This document shows positions 8,656-17,907 of a DNA stretch of 64,000 nt, piece after piece. Under the pieces are notes generated by a model. The model saw only the letters and a list, made by a program, of their open reading frames with translations, was not told the DNA's origin and searched no databases. Position 1 is the stretch's first letter, and the number at the start of each line of letters is the position of its first letter. The stretch lies in UHGV virus genome UHGV-0084588, one strand, 5' to 3'. A program made the position numbers and the translations under genes. The DNA is from a virus.

Positions 8656-9437
8656 TGGCAGTTGTCGGCGTAGGTGGTTGGATTGGTTCTTCAGCAAAAG
8701 CTGAAGCTGGTAACGAATGGATGTCTGGCGCGATGCGCACACTTGGTGTGCCGGTTCCAGGCTGGATGTCGCAATTGGCGGGAAAATCAAAAGAGGTCCA
8801 TTATTCTATTGGTGCTAACCATAGCTATAATAAGGATACTCTTATTAACTATTTACGTTCTTTAGGCTCTACTGCTGTCGTTGTGACTATTACGGGGGAT
8901 TTAGTGTCCCATAGTAGCACGGTTCCTTGTTTAGAATTCCCTAGCAATCTTCCAAATTCGTATATTACCCTCATCATCAATCCTGGGGTTACAGTATACG
9001 GCAGAGGAGGCAACGGCGGTTCTAACTCACCAGGCGGTGCAGGTGGAACCGCAATACAGAACGGAATAGGAAACAGACTGCGTATAACCAACCGTGGCGC
9101 TATTGCCGGAGGCGGTGGCGGCGGTGGCGGCGGTAACAGGGGTAGACTAACATTTGGTGGTGGCGGTGGTCGCCCATTCGGTGCTGGTGGGTCTTCCTCT
9201 CATATGAGTTCCGGTGCGGCTGCTGGTACTATTTCCGCTCCTGGTAGAGGATCTGTTGGTGAGGGGTCTCTTAGTGCATATACAGGCGGTTCGGGTGGTA
9301 ATGTCGGTGCTGCTGGAGGAAGATGTAATACTCATGGTAACGGTACAGAATATAACGGCGGAGCAGCTGGTAAAGCTGTTACTGGTAATGCGCCAAGATG
9401 GGACGCAGTAGGTGCAATATATGGTTCACGTGTTTAA
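8655..9437 (+). CDS. gp38-like tail-fibre adhesin with glycine-rich motifs
   Basis: N-terminus MAVVGVGGWIGSSAKAEAGNEWMS and the YGRGGNGGSNSPGGAGG / GGGGGGGGG / GGGGGRPFGAGGS segments match, from memory, the T2/T6-type gp38 adhesin; start overlaps the fibre stop (TAATG). Confidence 0.75.
   Translation: MAVVGVGGWIGSSAKAEAGNEWMSGAMRTLGVPVPGWMSQLAGKSKEVHYSIGANHSYNKDTLINYLRSLGSTAVVVTITGDLVSHSSTVPCLEFPSNLPNSYITLIINPGVTVYGRGGNGGSNSPGGAGGTAIQNGIGNRLRITNRGAIAGGGGGGGGGNRGRLTFGGGGGRPFGAGGSSSHMSSGAAAGTISAPGRGSVGEGSLSAYTGGSGGNVGAAGGRCNTHGNGTEYNGGAAGKAVTGNAPRWDAVGAIYGSRV
9108..9170 (+). repeat. GGC/GGT codon run encoding poly-glycine
   Basis: ggaggcggtggcggcggtggcggcggt... low-complexity triplet repeat inside the gp38-like gene. 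Confidence 0.6.
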
Positions 9438-9497
9438 TTTGAAAAAGTATGGGGGTACTCACTCCCCTCCTCGCATCTTTCAAAAGGTGGGGGTAAA

Positions 9498-10010
9498 ATG
9501 GCGGTAGCATCAGGATGGGTCGGATCTTCAGCTAAGAATGAAACTGGCGAACAATGGATGAGCGCTGCGGGTAGTAAATTAGGATTGGGTAGACCATTTA
9601 TGATGAGTCAAATGGTGGGCCGATCTACGGGTTGTAAAATTGCGACCGCTTACTACAAAGGGAATCCTCCTGATAAAGTTGAAAACTGGGGGGCCGTAGG
9701 TTCAGATTGGCCATTGGCTGAAAAGAACAAAGGCACAATTACTGGTGCTTCGAGCTGTGGTTTAGGTCGTTTAGTGGGGATCGTACTTACGCAAGCTCAC
9801 TACATTTCTGGTGTTCCACCCACTGCGGCTTTATACATCGCAGGAGGAAGGGCAAGTAATATTACAGTAACAGTTGGTGGGGTCTCACAAGTTTTCACCT
9901 ATAATAGTGTTATTAACGGTTTTCACTATTACTGGCAAGGAACACCTAGTTCGGCCTTTATAGCAGCAATGAAGAGAACGGGTGTTACACAAGATTTGAA
10001 AATTAGTTAA
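9498..10010 (+). CDS. gp38-like adhesin paralog (no glycine-rich region)
   Basis: N-terminus MAVASGWVGSSAKNETGEQWMSAAG parallels 8655..9437, with a different C-terminal domain; GGGGGTAAAATG RBS. Confidence 0.6.
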   Translation: MAVASGWVGSSAKNETGEQWMSAAGSKLGLGRPFMMSQMVGRSTGCKIATAYYKGNPPDKVENWGAVGSDWPLAEKNKGTITGASSCGLGRLVGIVLTQAHYISGVPPTAALYIAGGRASNITVTVGGVSQVFTYNSVINGFHYYWQGTPSSAFIAAMKRTGVTQDLKIS

Positions 10011-10162
10011 CTAATTGGGGTAAAACGACAACTAATGCTAGTAAAATAAGAGTTAGTGAATTCGTAATTCAATAATTTTTTATAGAAAGGCTGATTTATT
10101 AGAATCGGAGGGGGTAAGATGTTGCTAGAAACATTTCACCCCCTACCATAGGGAGTAAGCTT

Positions 10163-10678
10163 ATGGGGCAATTCGTGCCGGATTTGTCGTTAACTTCACT
10201 TAACATGGTTATTTCACTGGTTAACCATGACCTCCAGCTCGACTTGCAAGAGAACGAGGTTGAAGTCAGCGACGTAAAGACCAGTAACGAAATGGATCGT
10301 GACACCACTGCTGTTGTAAAGATAAAACGTCCGGACAACAGAACGTTGCAGATATATTACAACCGTTTAACCGCAGAGCGGTGGTTAAACCAGCAACCTA
10401 TCCTAGTAAAGGTTTCCGGTAATGGCTTTACCGCACACGATCTAATCGACGGAATTAACGCGGCTTGTGGTTGTAATTTACAACCCGACGATCTTACCGA
10501 CGAATCATTTACCGTAGGGAAAGACGCTGTAACGTTACAGGTTTCACCCAACTCGTTAGGTTATAAAGGCCAATTCTCCGTTCTGGTTTTCGGTAACGAT
10601 GAAGAAGCTGCTGTAGTAAAAGACAACGATTTAATCGTTACCGCAGATAACCGTGTCTTAACATTCGGAGGCCGCTAA
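10163..10678 (+). CDS. fibre-associated paralog-family protein (family A, copy 2)
   Basis: Paralog of 3448..4008; AGGGAG RBS; stop overlaps the next start (TAATG). Confidence 0.6.
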   Translation: MGQFVPDLSLTSLNMVISLVNHDLQLDLQENEVEVSDVKTSNEMDRDTTAVVKIKRPDNRTLQIYYNRLTAERWLNQQPILVKVSGNGFTAHDLIDGINAACGCNLQPDDLTDESFTVGKDAVTLQVSPNSLGYKGQFSVLVFGNDEEAAVVKDNDLIVTADNRVLTFGGR

Positions 10679-11298
10679 TGGCTGAACTGGTAGGAAAGGT
10701 GCGCATTCATGAACTGGAGACACTTTCAGAAGACATCACGGGTGTAGTAGTCTTAGCGTCTAAGGAACAAACTGAATACCAACTCCCGATTGAGAAATTA
10801 GGGGGTACCGAGGTTACAGTGAGTCCGTCAGCGAATAACATCCTTAAGTCTAACAACGATGGGTTGTTTGTTGACGGCACTCATCCGATTATACCAAAAA
10901 TGGATGCAAAAACCTTATCGGGAAATATGGTGGTAGAAAAAACGTTGACAGGTGGTGCGGTAATCTGCAAAACAACAGTTGACGTTAATAATAGACTGGG
11001 GGTTTCGCAATTATCTGGAGTGTCAATTTATAGCCAGTGTCTGTTGGAAAATAAATTGGTTTATCTGGGAGAAGACGGCAGTATTATTGATGCGTACTTC
11101 TACATTAGTAATACAAAGACCACAGCCAGTACAATAACCCACACCATTCGTGTTGTTTTAGCGAAGATACCCTCTAAAGTTATCGATATCACCGATTTGT
11201 CTGAAACCGAAGTACAATACGAGAATAGTAATTTACCTGTTAAGATCGTTATTAAACATCTTGCAGGGACAACACTTTCCCAGAACGGAATGAAATAA
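10678..11298 (+). CDS. short fibre-like protein sharing the N-terminal anchor of the long tail fibre
   Basis: N-terminus MAELVGKVRIHELETLSEDITGVVVLASKEQTEYQLP aligns with the first ~40 aa of 4213..8655; followed by a strong terminator. Confidence 0.6.
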   Translation: MAELVGKVRIHELETLSEDITGVVVLASKEQTEYQLPIEKLGGTEVTVSPSANNILKSNNDGLFVDGTHPIIPKMDAKTLSGNMVVEKTLTGGAVICKTTVDVNNRLGVSQLSGVSIYSQCLLENKLVYLGEDGSIIDAYFYISNTKTTASTITHTIRVVLAKIPSKVIDITDLSETEVQYENSNLPVKIVIKHLAGTTLSQNGMK

Positions 11299-11303
11299 AT
11301 TTT

Positions 11304-11350
11304 AGGTAGTAGGGGCTTAAGCCCCTACTACCTTTTCTTTTTTTTATTTT
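11304..11350 (+). terminator. rho-independent terminator
   Basis: AGGTAGTAGGGGC-ttaa-GCCCCTACTACCT hairpin followed by a T-run. Confidence 0.8.
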
Positions 11351-11353
11351 TTC

Positions 11354-11379
11354 TCAGATATATATTACCTAGGGGAGAG
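11354..11379 (+). promoter_or_regulatory. conserved 26-bp promoter-like motif (copy 1) with downstream hairpin
   Basis: TCAGATATATATTACCTAGGGGAGAG, one of four near-identical copies; followed by a hairpin and about 70 nt upstream of the ATG at 11426. Confidence 0.5.
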
Positions 11380-11425
11380 TGAAATTTACATTCACTCCAT
11401 TAGTTATAGCCGAAAGGAGGATTAG

Positions 11426-12277
11426 ATGTATCACCCGTATTATCTCCCGCGTATTCTAGCAAATAGGGACCCTGGTTATTACTACGAACAAACAAAGGGG
11501 TCTTTTAATCGACTTTACATTCGTGAATTTAATACCGACGAAATGACCGATGACCAGTATCTGGAGTATCTAAAAGACCTTTACAGTTTTTCAAAATCGA
11601 ATAAAGATGGCTTTGGACGTTCCGCAGTCATTAGAGATGGTGAATATCGCCATTTGGCTAAGCCTGTTACGTACCCTATTGTTACGCGAGCTTATACGTC
11701 GGATAGGCAATATATTGCTGAACTAAAATTTCCTTTACGGATAGACGGGCCTCAAATTAGCGCTATAGAAGTAGAAATTCAACCAATTGCTGAAAACTAT
11801 ATTGAGGACTACTTCAAGAAAGCTAAAGACGTACTCGACGAGGGTTTAAGTTACTCTGAAGAAGGCACGATTTGTCTTCTCTCGTTACTCACGAAGACTT
11901 ACGTCACGGCAAATTTCCGTGTCTCTGATTCCAGTAACTACAATACACTTACTCCCTCTAAGACAAAATCGGTTTATTGGGACGATCGGTTAGTCGACAG
12001 ACAACGCTGGCTTACTATCTTAGATAGAGTAAAATTCGAACCCCCTAAACACACCGAAGACAATTTTATTTTATTGCACAACTTCGAACCAATTTATATT
12101 CCAACGCATTTTGATCAAGCCTTACGTCATCGGTTGAAGTATGTGTTGGAATTACGGTACGGAAAGATAAACGGACTAACCTGTTCCGGTGAATTGGGTG
12201 AAGAAGAACGCGAGAAGATAAAAATCGTGTTTGATAAGTTGGTTGAAGATTACATTAAGAAGGAAGGGCAATTATGA
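11426..12277 (+). CDS. hypothetical protein
   Basis: 283-aa ORF; AAAGGAGG RBS. Confidence 0.65.
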   Translation: MYHPYYLPRILANRDPGYYYEQTKGSFNRLYIREFNTDEMTDDQYLEYLKDLYSFSKSNKDGFGRSAVIRDGEYRHLAKPVTYPIVTRAYTSDRQYIAELKFPLRIDGPQISAIEVEIQPIAENYIEDYFKKAKDVLDEGLSYSEEGTICLLSLLTKTYVTANFRVSDSSNYNTLTPSKTKSVYWDDRLVDRQRWLTILDRVKFEPPKHTEDNFILLHNFEPIYIPTHFDQALRHRLKYVLELRYGKINGLTCSGELGEEEREKIKIVFDKLVEDYIKKEGQL

Positions 12278-12717
12278 AACCAAATACTACTAACGGCATT
12301 ATGCTACTTTGTGATTCTGAAACGTTAGCAAATCGCATTCGTGGTTTGATGCAAGTACGTTGGCGGCAGAAAGTTCTCGTGGATTACGATGCACCGTTTG
12401 TTCACATTACCTGGCTGCCAGAAGCTAGTGATTTCAAAGAACGTATAACCACGAGAAGAATTAAAGAATGGTTATCGGCAATCATTAATAAACAGATTAC
12501 CGTTATCAATTTCCAACTTTTCGGTACCGCTGAAGAACATGAAATCTTGAAGCAGTGTTTAAGAGACTTGGGTCTTTCCTCTTCTGTTCGTGGTAGCTGC
12601 TACACGGCTTACTTTATCGGTTCACTTGAACTGTTTAAGAATACACTAATGCTTCAACTAAAAGACGACTACAAACTTTTAGATAAAATCGATTTCGAAT
12701 TCCCAGGCATGATTTAA
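12274..12717 (+). CDS. hypothetical protein
   Basis: 147-aa ORF; ATGA overlap with the upstream gene. Confidence 0.6.
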   Translation: MKPNTTNGIMLLCDSETLANRIRGLMQVRWRQKVLVDYDAPFVHITWLPEASDFKERITTRRIKEWLSAIINKQITVINFQLFGTAEEHEILKQCLRDLGLSSSVRGSCYTAYFIGSLELFKNTLMLQLKDDYKLLDKIDFEFPGMI

Positions 12718-12763
12718 GGAATCATAGCTTAATCACCCCACCATTTACCTAAAGGAGCATTAA

Positions 12764-13279
12764 ATGTCAGTAAATATTAACATGAATCTTTATACTAAAC
12801 GTGAACGTCAGATTCTGGCGAATCAACCTGGTGTTACGACTATCGACGGTAAACCTATTGACCGTTTAAAAGTTATCGTTGCGCGAAATTGTCATGAACA
12901 CGATTGGGACATTACCTACTTCCGTTGTTGTTCGGTCGCAAATGCGCTTACTCAACTCTCTAACTACCACTCAGGACCGCTATTAAAAGACTGGGTTTGG
13001 TTAGTGCCAAGAACACCCACAGCAATTGAGTATCCCGCTGGACTAGTTTATATTCGACCTGTCGCTTATCCAGAGCGTCTGAAAGAATATCTTGAAGTTA
13101 TCTGGAACCGTCCTCGTAAAGAGCTGGTGACGATTATTAATTTACTGCAGCAGATCGAAATCCCCGGCGTTTCGAATTTGAAACTCACGTCTCGCGATAT
13201 TAACCAGGCTTACTGGGAACTGGAGTGGACAGAACCGAAATTCGAAAACACTAACCGTATTTTCTTGCACCGGGGGTAA
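12764..13279 (+). CDS. hypothetical protein
   Basis: 171-aa ORF preceded by the conserved TTTACCTAAAGGAGCATTAAATG initiation context. Confidence 0.65.
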   Translation: MSVNINMNLYTKRERQILANQPGVTTIDGKPIDRLKVIVARNCHEHDWDITYFRCCSVANALTQLSNYHSGPLLKDWVWLVPRTPTAIEYPAGLVYIRPVAYPERLKEYLEVIWNRPRKELVTIINLLQQIEIPGVSNLKLTSRDINQAYWELEWTEPKFENTNRIFLHRG

Positions 13280-13281
13280 AA

Positions 13282-13563
13282 ATGTTAGATTGGTTGTTGG
13301 GTTTAATTAACACACGTCAACAGGAGCTTTATAAAGAAAACACGCGATTACGGCAGGAGCTTAGTAACAATCGTCAGACCAAACGACAATTAATTCGGAT
13401 GGTAAAACAACAGGCGCGTTGTATACGTGATATCGATTATCAGTATCACCGTCTGAATACCTTAGACCCAACAACAAAAGCCCTCGGTGGGACAATCGGA
13501 CACGCACGTAAAGTCAGTCACGATGCGTTAGTTCGATTAGATACAATAGAAGAGAAACTGTGA
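13282..13563 (+). CDS. hypothetical coiled-coil protein
   Basis: 93-aa ORF; GGGGGTAAAA RBS; predicted helical (NTRQQELYKENTRLRQELSNNRQTKRQLIRMVKQQ). Confidence 0.55.
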   Translation: MLDWLLGLINTRQQELYKENTRLRQELSNNRQTKRQLIRMVKQQARCIRDIDYQYHRLNTLDPTTKALGGTIGHARKVSHDALVRLDTIEEKL

Positions 13564-13605
13564 TATAACCCCTCTCAGGAAATCCTGAGAGGGGGGAGTA
13601 ACGAT

Positions 13606-13980
13606 ATGTCATTACTGTTATACAAATTCAGATGTTGGCTAGACACTTCGTTTAAAACCTGGGCTTGCGGCAAGAATGTCACAACGGTAGTTAAATCGGG
13701 TGACTGGTATACGGAAATTATTACATTAGCAAATGGAGGATTGCAAAACGTACAAGTTCGTAACGTAGTTGTTAGAATAGGACGTGAAGGAGGTGCAATC
13801 TTCAACTCTGAATACTATCAAGTTTCTGCCCTGGAGTTAAAAAACGGTCCGATTTTATTTATCGGTACAGCACAACACCTTTACGATACAGTTGTTAAGT
13901 TTGCTGAAAGGGTAAAACGTTTAAATGATTCGCTTAGTAAGTTTATTAAAGAAACTGAACGAACTACGGTGGAGATTTAA
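13606..13980 (+). CDS. hypothetical protein (tandem paralog 1)
   Basis: 124 aa; shares WACGKNVTTVVKSGDWYTE...NG.L.NV.VR.V.V..GR.GG..F.SE and LF..TAQ..YD with 13984..14370. Confidence 0.6.
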   Translation: MSLLLYKFRCWLDTSFKTWACGKNVTTVVKSGDWYTEIITLANGGLQNVQVRNVVVRIGREGGAIFNSEYYQVSALELKNGPILFIGTAQHLYDTVVKFAERVKRLNDSLSKFIKETERTTVEI

Positions 13981-13983
13981 AAG

Positions 13984-14370
13984 ATGCGTTTATTTTACTT
14001 AAAAAGGCGTTTGTCATTAAAAGCCCAACTGTTTGTTAACGAGAAAGTTAAAAACTGGCTGTGCGGTAAAAGGGTACAATATGTCGTTAAAGAAGGAGAC
14101 TGGTATACGGAGGTTGTGACTTCCCCTAACGGTGAACTTATAAACGTTACTATTCGTGACGTTATGGTTAAGGTTGGTAGGGGTGGCGGTCGGTTGTTTG
14201 AATCGGAAACTATAAGAGTCGCTGCTAAACAATTGAAAGATGGTCGAGTTTTATTCAATGTTACCGCCCAGAAATACTACGACAATTTATTCGAGTGTCA
14301 ACGAGCAATGGACAGAATGACCCGTGAGATGCGAAGAATGCACATTACGGAGATCACAATAGGAGTTTAA
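13984..14370 (+). CDS. hypothetical protein (tandem paralog 2)
   Basis: 128 aa; paralog of 13606..13980. Confidence 0.6.
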   Translation: MRLFYLKRRLSLKAQLFVNEKVKNWLCGKRVQYVVKEGDWYTEVVTSPNGELINVTIRDVMVKVGRGGGRLFESETIRVAAKQLKDGRVLFNVTAQKYYDNLFECQRAMDRMTREMRRMHITEITIGV

Positions 14371-14681
14371 TGATGGAAAATAAAATCGCGAACACATCGG
14401 CACCTGAGAACATTGTCAATTATATTCTCAGAGGCGGGTTATTAGAAGACAACAAAGAAACGTGCGATAAACTCGTTTCTCAACTACTGCCTATTCGTTC
14501 AGAATACTGCGAAATCGTTATCTTAGGTTCCGAGTATTGTGTACGCTCTTACTGCCGACGTTTCGAAGCCCTACGTGTACCTCGTACGTTAGGTGGTGTG
14601 ATCTTACTGATCTCATCTTTTCAAGACGCCCATGTGCGTGTGGCGACCTGGATTGCCAGAGGAGGTAACAGTGGTTTTTAA
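14370..14681 (+). CDS. hypothetical protein
   Basis: 103-aa ORF; start overlaps the upstream stop (TAATG). Confidence 0.55.
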   Translation: MMENKIANTSAPENIVNYILRGGLLEDNKETCDKLVSQLLPIRSEYCEIVILGSEYCVRSYCRRFEALRVPRTLGGVILLISSFQDAHVRVATWIARGGNSGF

Positions 14682-14979
14682 ATTGCTAGGTTTCGGAAAA
14701 TGCAAAGAGTGCGCAAAGCACGAAGAATTTATCAAGCTATTAGAAGAAACAGTTGAAACACAACAAGAACTCATTTCTGAATACCGTGCGAAAACTGGTT
14801 CAGTAGAATATCTGACCATCCTTGTTTGTGCTATTGCTGAGTTGGGTTGTGAGGGGGAATTGCCTAAAGAGGAGATATTAAAACTATTAAAAGAAAAAAC
14901 GTCGTTTTACCGTAAAGATATTGAAGCGTGTAAACGTGAGGTTAAAAGAGCTAACTGGGAGGTTATCAATGAAGCGTGA
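14671..14979 (+). CDS. hypothetical protein
   Basis: GTG start with GGAGG RBS 5 nt upstream; the ATG at 14632 has no RBS; Lys/Glu-rich with a CKEC motif. Confidence 0.45.
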   Translation: MVFKLLGFGKCKECAKHEEFIKLLEETVETQQELISEYRAKTGSVEYLTILVCAIAELGCEGELPKEEILKLLKEKTSFYRKDIEACKREVKRANWEVINEA

Positions 14980-15250
14980 AACTATTGTATTTTGTCAAAA
15001 CGGTGATGTAAAACAATACCGGGGCAAGAAGTTAATTCGTACGTTAGATTATCGCGAAGCAAAACGTTTCGTTGAAGAGTGTGCGTGGTTAATGCATTAC
15101 GAAGGGAACTATCGCGCCATCTTAGAAGCACCGCGTTTAGAACGTGCAGTTGCGCAGATGGCAATAGGTAATCCTAAGAACTGTTACCTGGCCCGTAAGC
15201 CCAAATACCTACAGCGTGTCTCGCTAGGCAGTTTTATTGCGGGTTTTTAA
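14969..15250 (+). CDS. hypothetical protein
   Basis: Internal ATG at 14969 with GGGAGG RBS, overlapping the upstream stop, preferred over 14921. Confidence 0.5.
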   Translation: MKRETIVFCQNGDVKQYRGKKLIRTLDYREAKRFVEECAWLMHYEGNYRAILEAPRLERAVAQMAIGNPKNCYLARKPKYLQRVSLGSFIAGF

Positions 15251-15261
15251 TAAAAATATTT

Positions 15262-15287
15262 TCAGATATATATTACCTAGGTGAGAG
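15262..15287 (+). promoter_or_regulatory. conserved 26-bp promoter-like motif (copy 2) with downstream hairpin
   Basis: TCAGATATATATTACCTAGGTGAGAG followed by the perfect hairpin GTGAGAGT-tcagtt-ACTCTCAC; 70 nt upstream of the ATG at 15332. Confidence 0.5.
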
Positions 15288-15331
15288 TTCAGTTACTCTC
15301 ACTTAACGAAACCATTTTAGGAGAATATACC

Positions 15332-15826
15332 ATGAACTTCACTAGACTTGATTACACTAACGAATTAGTCGACAAAGAAAAATACAAATTCACGATTGAC
15401 TTGGGTTACGGGCTGTGGGACGTAGAAAAAGATATTCTACACAAAGAATTCCGTGAGCAATTCGGTGCATTATTCTGCGCAGGATTCCGTAGAAATTCTA
15501 TTGATATCGGTTATGGTGCAACACCGTATAGCGACGAAGAAATGTTTACGCTGATAACACAGATTATCGGAACTCGTGTGGCTAAACGTTTTAATTATTC
15601 TAACGAACTTGTTTCGAAAGAACATTACAAGTTCACTGTTAGACTACCTGTTCCTCTCTTTAAAGAAGATAAGAATAGACTCTATAAAGCCCTACAAACC
15701 GAATTCGGTAAAACGCTCAAAATAGGGTTCCGCAGTCGTAGTATCGATATCGGAATTAGCGTAGACGTGTGCAGTGACGATGACCTTTACGAATTAGTTT
15801 CGGAAGTTATCGGAAAACACCTCTAA
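15332..15826 (+). CDS. hypothetical protein with internal tandem duplication
   Basis: Start at the ATG at 15332 (TAGGAGAATATACC RBS). Two ~85-aa halves repeat (YTNELVDKEKYKFTIDLGYGLW vs YSNELVSKEHYKFTVRLPVPLF; GFRRNSIDIGYG vs GFRSRSIDIGIS). Confidence 0.6.
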   Translation: MNFTRLDYTNELVDKEKYKFTIDLGYGLWDVEKDILHKEFREQFGALFCAGFRRNSIDIGYGATPYSDEEMFTLITQIIGTRVAKRFNYSNELVSKEHYKFTVRLPVPLFKEDKNRLYKALQTEFGKTLKIGFRSRSIDIGISVDVCSDDDLYELVSEVIGKHL

Positions 15827-15870
15827 GCGTAAATTAACGCTTCAGCTTGTAAAACCAAAAGGAAAATAAA

Positions 15871-16647
15871 ATGAAAACTATCGAGTTTAAGAATAGTAGT
15901 CTTTGGGCATACACGCACATCATTACGAGTTTCCTGAGAAACGTTACTCCACATCTTGCTTATCAGATTTATGGGAATGAGCTCACTATCGGTGGTTTTA
16001 ACGAGGATGAATTAAAACGAGCAAAAGAGTTCATTGACGATGTTCTTCGTGGTGAAGCAACGTGTTTAGTTGCAAGTTACGTTGCTAAAGACAAAGGAAG
16101 ATTAAACGTCATGGCAATTTTCAGATCGTTCTCCGAAAAAGTATACGAAGTTGAGAAGATTAGTCATACCGTTTATATTGTTTACTTTAAACGTTCGGCG
16201 GAGAAAAACGCTGATAAAATTCTGGAGTATTTCGACTGTAACCCGGGGGAAGGTATGGATGTCTATACGCTCGGTTACGATGGGGTACCTCACCGGAATA
16301 ACCTTATTCGCATTGACGAACCTTTTTCAGTCAATGACGATTCCTCGCCTATAGAGATGGTTCTGGTACACAAAGATCGTTTCGCGCATTACGACTCTGA
16401 TACTATTCAACGTGTCCTGAACAACGTTAATATACAGTTTTCACAAACCGAGCACTTAGTACGTGCATGTCTTAGGTCTAATGGCACAACATCATTTTTC
16501 TTCGAACGTCAAACCGTTTGGCAAACTTATCTGGCTCTGATGGAAGAACTTGATAGGATCGAGCCAGTTCAGGTTGGTGCAAATTGCTTATATTGGATAA
16601 AAACAAAAGGGTTCATGAATGAAAACGCTCAATTCAGATTTGCGTGA
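15871..16647 (+). CDS. hypothetical protein
   Basis: 258-aa ORF; AAAAGGAAAATAAA-ATG context. Confidence 0.6.
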   Translation: MKTIEFKNSSLWAYTHIITSFLRNVTPHLAYQIYGNELTIGGFNEDELKRAKEFIDDVLRGEATCLVASYVAKDKGRLNVMAIFRSFSEKVYEVEKISHTVYIVYFKRSAEKNADKILEYFDCNPGEGMDVYTLGYDGVPHRNNLIRIDEPFSVNDDSSPIEMVLVHKDRFAHYDSDTIQRVLNNVNIQFSQTEHLVRACLRSNGTTSFFFERQTVWQTYLALMEELDRIEPVQVGANCLYWIKTKGFMNENAQFRFA

Positions 16648-17047
16648 TTACATCCGTCAGTACCCAGCCAGTATTCCTGTACTGGCTTCACTTACGCTTT
16701 CAGGTACTGACGTTAACATCTTAACGGTGGAACAGTTCCACGAGATAATAAAAACCGCCTATAACTCCATTACCGCAACGTCAGTACGTAAACGTTGCGA
16801 TTATCCCGACGGGGATTTCGGCACCGAGATGTTTACCGATTACGCAGTTGCGTTTCTGTTAGGACGACACTGCCTCGATAAACTTAACACTGCAGTAGAA
16901 GGGGAAACAGTGACGGAAATAGTCAACGCTTGGCAGCAACGTATTCTGAGCGACCCTTACTGCCGCCAGGCGTTAAAACGAATGTCCACAACGGCGATTA
17001 CAAACGACCAGCGTGCTTTAGAGTTCTTTAAGCACAACTACAGCTAA
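16619..17047 (+). CDS. hypothetical protein (paralog of 17908..18339)
   Basis: 142 aa; N-terminal LNSDLRDYIRQYP.SIPVLA parallels LNDEIRNYIRNNPIALGVLA of 17908. Confidence 0.55.
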   Translation: MKTLNSDLRDYIRQYPASIPVLASLTLSGTDVNILTVEQFHEIIKTAYNSITATSVRKRCDYPDGDFGTEMFTDYAVAFLLGRHCLDKLNTAVEGETVTEIVNAWQQRILSDPYCRQALKRMSTTAITNDQRALEFFKHNYS

Positions 17048-17069
17048 TTTACCAAAAGGAAAAAATGAC

Positions 17070-17831
17070 ATGTTTAATATCGAAATTACCCCGCTCGTTA
17101 AAACTGAAATCCGTCCGGTTCCTGAAGCACAGTTACTCGATCAACTTTATCGCATATTCCTGGATAAAGGTGTACATTTCCGTGTAGAGCAGGTCAACGA
17201 TGAAAGCATCGTATTCTACTGGACTCACTGCAACGATTATCTTTGCGACACTATTGCGAAAGAAATCGGTGAGTTACTCAACTCAGCAGAAGGTACCACG
17301 AACACTCGGGTGGAAACGACCGAGACTGAACAACCGAAAGTAGAAGAACAGCAGAAAGACGAACCACACGTCCTCTGGTACGAAGGTAAGAAGATTAAGG
17401 AAATTAAAGAAGCGTTAGAGACCCTCTATCCCGACGATTTAGGTATTTATTCGGATAACGATAAGATCGTCGTTCGATTGAAGAAAGACGATCGTAATCT
17501 CATGGAAGAAATTAGTTCCATCGCTGAGCTGATCGATAACGATGCCGTTCGACTTATTTCGATTCATGGTATCGGAAAAGATACCGCTGATGAACTCATG
17601 CGTGTGGCTGTGCACGAACACAAGGAGAAAATTCATCAATCCGTTTACAAAGGTGAAACACTCACCGTTTTGATCGACAACGATGTTGAGGTTTTCAAAT
17701 CATTAACGAACTTTTTGCGAATTGTTTCAACGGATTCTTATATCGAAAAAGCACGTGCCTTGGTTCTCGAAAAGCTTTTTAATATTTACAACAAAGATTG
17801 CGATTGTCCTAATTGTCAAAAACGTCGTTAA
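17070..17831 (+). CDS. hypothetical protein with helix-hairpin-helix-like motif and C-terminal Cys cluster
   Basis: 253 aa; LISIHGIGKDTADELM resembles an HhH DNA-binding motif; C-terminal CDCPNCQKRR. Confidence 0.5.
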   Translation: MFNIEITPLVKTEIRPVPEAQLLDQLYRIFLDKGVHFRVEQVNDESIVFYWTHCNDYLCDTIAKEIGELLNSAEGTTNTRVETTETEQPKVEEQQKDEPHVLWYEGKKIKEIKEALETLYPDDLGIYSDNDKIVVRLKKDDRNLMEEISSIAELIDNDAVRLISIHGIGKDTADELMRVAVHEHKEKIHQSVYKGETLTVLIDNDVEVFKSLTNFLRIVSTDSYIEKARALVLEKLFNIYNKDCDCPNCQKRR

Positions 17832-17854
17832 TTAACGACATTCTAAATTCAACC

Positions 17855-17885
17855 AAGGGGTGGTTTACCGCCCCTCTATTATTGT
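17855..17885 (+). terminator. rho-independent terminator
   Basis: AGGGGTGG-ttta-CCGCCCCT hairpin followed by a T-rich tract. Confidence 0.6.
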
Positions 17886-17907
17886 ATTTACCTAAAGGAG
17901 TATTAAA

